This document shows, piece after piece, positions 61,788-64,000 of a stretch of DNA of 64,000 bases. Position 1 is the first letter of the stretch. Each line of letters starts with the position of its first letter. The notes under the pieces were generated by a model. It saw only the letters and a program-made list of their open reading frames with translations, ran no database searches and had not been told where the DNA came from. The DNA comes from Takakia lepidozioides. Lineage: Eukaryota; Plantae; Bryophyta. The stretch spans positions 42,346,001 through 42,410,000 of the forward strand of contig CM060733.1 of NCBI GenBank assembly GCA_030704615.1. The letters run 5' to 3'. Position numbers and translations under genes: made by a program.

Positions 61788-64000
61788 GTTTAGGGTTTAG
61801 GATTTAGGGTGGTTAACAAAGGCTTGCAAAGGTAACAAAAAGTAGAAAAATACTGGAAAAAGACACAGTAAAAATAAAGGGGGGCCGGTTCGGATCCAAA
61901 TACAAATGCAATGGAAACCAAGACAAATGCATACAAAGTGCGCCTATCGTGCCTAAAGGGATGCAATAAGACTATTATGTCTTATGCAAGGACTCCCGCC
62001 CTCACGAGATAAGGTTCTCTGATTGAAGAATGAGGCACTTTCGTTCCAACCGTAAGCTTTTTTATGTTTGCTTCTCCTTGTTTAGCGACAAAAATCTTGC
62101 TCACTATGGGCAAGCATGCGCTCAAGGCTAAATTAGCTTGCCCGACACGATTACCATATACCCCCAGCCGCCTTCCCCATTGTAAGCGGTGGCTAAAATG
62201 GCGTCAAACGGAAGGCTCTATACGCCCGTGTTTTGGAAAGAAAGAAGGCCTCGGAAATATCCAAGGGTTGGGATTCCCCTCGGAGCCGAGCACCCCTTCG
62301 ATCCAAGTTGCCCGGGCGGGCAATGACTAGACTCTCGACTTCTCTAAGTGTGGAGACACAAAAAGAGTTAAGGTATTTTATTCCAAACAAGTTTCGCTTG
62401 ATTGCTCAAGCTCATCAGTGCAACACCAAGAGATGAAGTCCTAAGAGCCAAGCCTATCCTTATATACTAGAAAAACACACTCACTATGTGCAAACGATAT
62501 GGGATAATTCCCAAGGCAATAATAATGCCACTAAAGCACTAATTTAGCCTCCAAGTCAAGACTGCATTAATTAGTCAATGGTCCAAATTAATTGTTGGAA
62601 CCCTTTGACTTTAACATCAACACTAGGGTTATCAAAGAGGCAAAATTAATAATGCTAGGGACATTTGCACTACAAGATCATCCTATCATTCTAGATTTAA
62701 CTAAGAATGAACTCAGCTTTCGCGGGTTCCTCCAACAAATCATCGTTCAAGGAAGAAATCGAAGCTCCGGGACTTGCTGAAGCAACTCGTGGAGTCTAGG
62801 GTTTAGGGTGACCCCCAAGTTCAAGGCTCGAGTGTACGAAGAGTAGTCGAGCTTAAGAACAAGGGGGGCCCGTTTACCCTCAACTACGCGTTGCGTCTGT
62901 TGGTCGAGTAGAGCGGATCTGAGGTCGTAGGAGATCTTGGTGAAGCAACTCCGGATGAACGCCGCTGGATAACCTCGGGCTCGAAGACATTTGTAAAACA
63001 AAAGTCGCAAATGGTTGAACCCTTGGATGGTGCTTTCTCGTATTACGTACTGTTGGAGCTCGCCGATGACGAAAGCTTTCTTTTGGTGATGTGGATGTCA
63101 TGAGGACCAAGGCAAGTATTGATACTTGTTCTGGGCTTTTTGATGATATCTGGTAGAGAGCCGTCGAGTTTGGATGAAGTCGTCTCATTTAAAGAAGGTG
63201 ATATGCAAGATGTCGGCAAACGTCGGGCTTATGGCAGTCGTGATTTTGATGCCATCGAACATGGAACCGTAGTTCCGTAACTAGGACCAAAAGCTGAGCT
63301 CATCAGTGGGAAAGAAAAAGAATGAGATACAAACCCCACCCCCCGCTTATATACTACTAGGAGTGAACTGCCTCGTGTGGACAATCTTCCAGTGGATGTC
63401 TCGTGAGGAGAAAAACCATCCAACAAACGTCACGTACGGAGAGAATAGTCCAAAAAGTCTCGGTGGGAGAAAGTCATCCAGTGGATGAAAACAAGTTCTC
63501 GACAAGAGAGAACTAGATCCAAAGAATAAAAAATCATCCAAATAGTCAATTGCATATCTCTCAAATACAACTAACTCCGTGAGTTTATGACTATGCAACA
63601 ACCAATTATACTGAAGTTACAGCATGTTGTTTAAAGGATTAGGGTTTAAGGGTTTAAGGGTTTAAGGGTTTTTAGGGTTTAGGGGTTAGGGTTTAGGGTT
63701 AGGGTTTAGGGTTCACATAAAGCGTCAAAACAAGTGTAGCCGTACCTCACAAGTTTAGGGTTTAGGGTTTAGGGTGGTTAGCAAAGGCTTGCAAAGGTAA
63801 CAAAAAGTAGAAAAATACTGGAAAAAGACACAGTAAAAATTAAGGGGGGCCGGTTCGGACCCAAATACAAATGCAATGGAAACCAAGACAAATGCATACA
63901 AAGTGCGCCTATCGTGCCTAAAGGGATGCAATAAGACTATTATGTCTTATGCAAGGACTCCCGCCCTCACGAGATAAGGTTCTCTAATTGAAGAATGAGG
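61788..64000. repeat. Direct repeat pair (61788-62035 and 63754-64000+), each starting with TTTAGGG units; interstitial telomere-like tract at 63638-63712
   Basis: Near-identical TTTAGGGTGGTTA.CAAAGGCTTGCAAAGG...GAAGAATGAGG; (TTTAGGG/TTAGGG/TTTAAGGG)n. Confidence 0.9.
62740..63230 (-). mobile_element. Penelope-like RT C-terminal fragment
   Basis: Frameshifted YQYLPWSS..PKESF..GELQQY; FYKCLRARGYPAAFIRSCF. Confidence 0.7.

Overview
Repeat-rich eukaryotic nuclear DNA, most likely from a seed-free land plant (PLS-PPR/DYW editing-factor gene, TTTAGGG repeats, GT-AG introns), with a 499-nt N gap at 24188-24686. The main structure is a cluster of four Crinkler/RHS (CR)-like modular genes (A-D). Each consists of a different N-terminal header exon (one ubiquitin-like, three SAM-like), a 2-4 kb intron region built from the same shared sequence blocks with candidate 12/24/51-nt micro-exons, and a C-terminal effector exon (NTPase+REase in B, an apparently intact REase+kinase in D, a decayed exon in C, outside the window for A). 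All these junctions are splice phase 1. Genes A and B are divergent and form the arms of a >=3.9 kb near-perfect inverted repeat whose inner edge is the splice donor of header B. This suggests intron-mediated header/toxin shuffling, possibly by inversion. The 13.3 kb spacer holds a CACTA-ended element carrying a spliced ParB-like + beta-class amino (N6A/N4C) DNA methyltransferase gene. Elsewhere are a Ty3/gypsy remnant with a C5 DNMT upstream of RT, Penelope-like, Crypton-like, Transib/RAG1-like and Dualen-like remnants, a full-length LINE with a 15-bp TSD splitting a PPR-DYW pseudogene, a hAT MITE, and captured fragments of LSU rRNA and primase. All domain calls were made by eye from motifs; no database searches were run.
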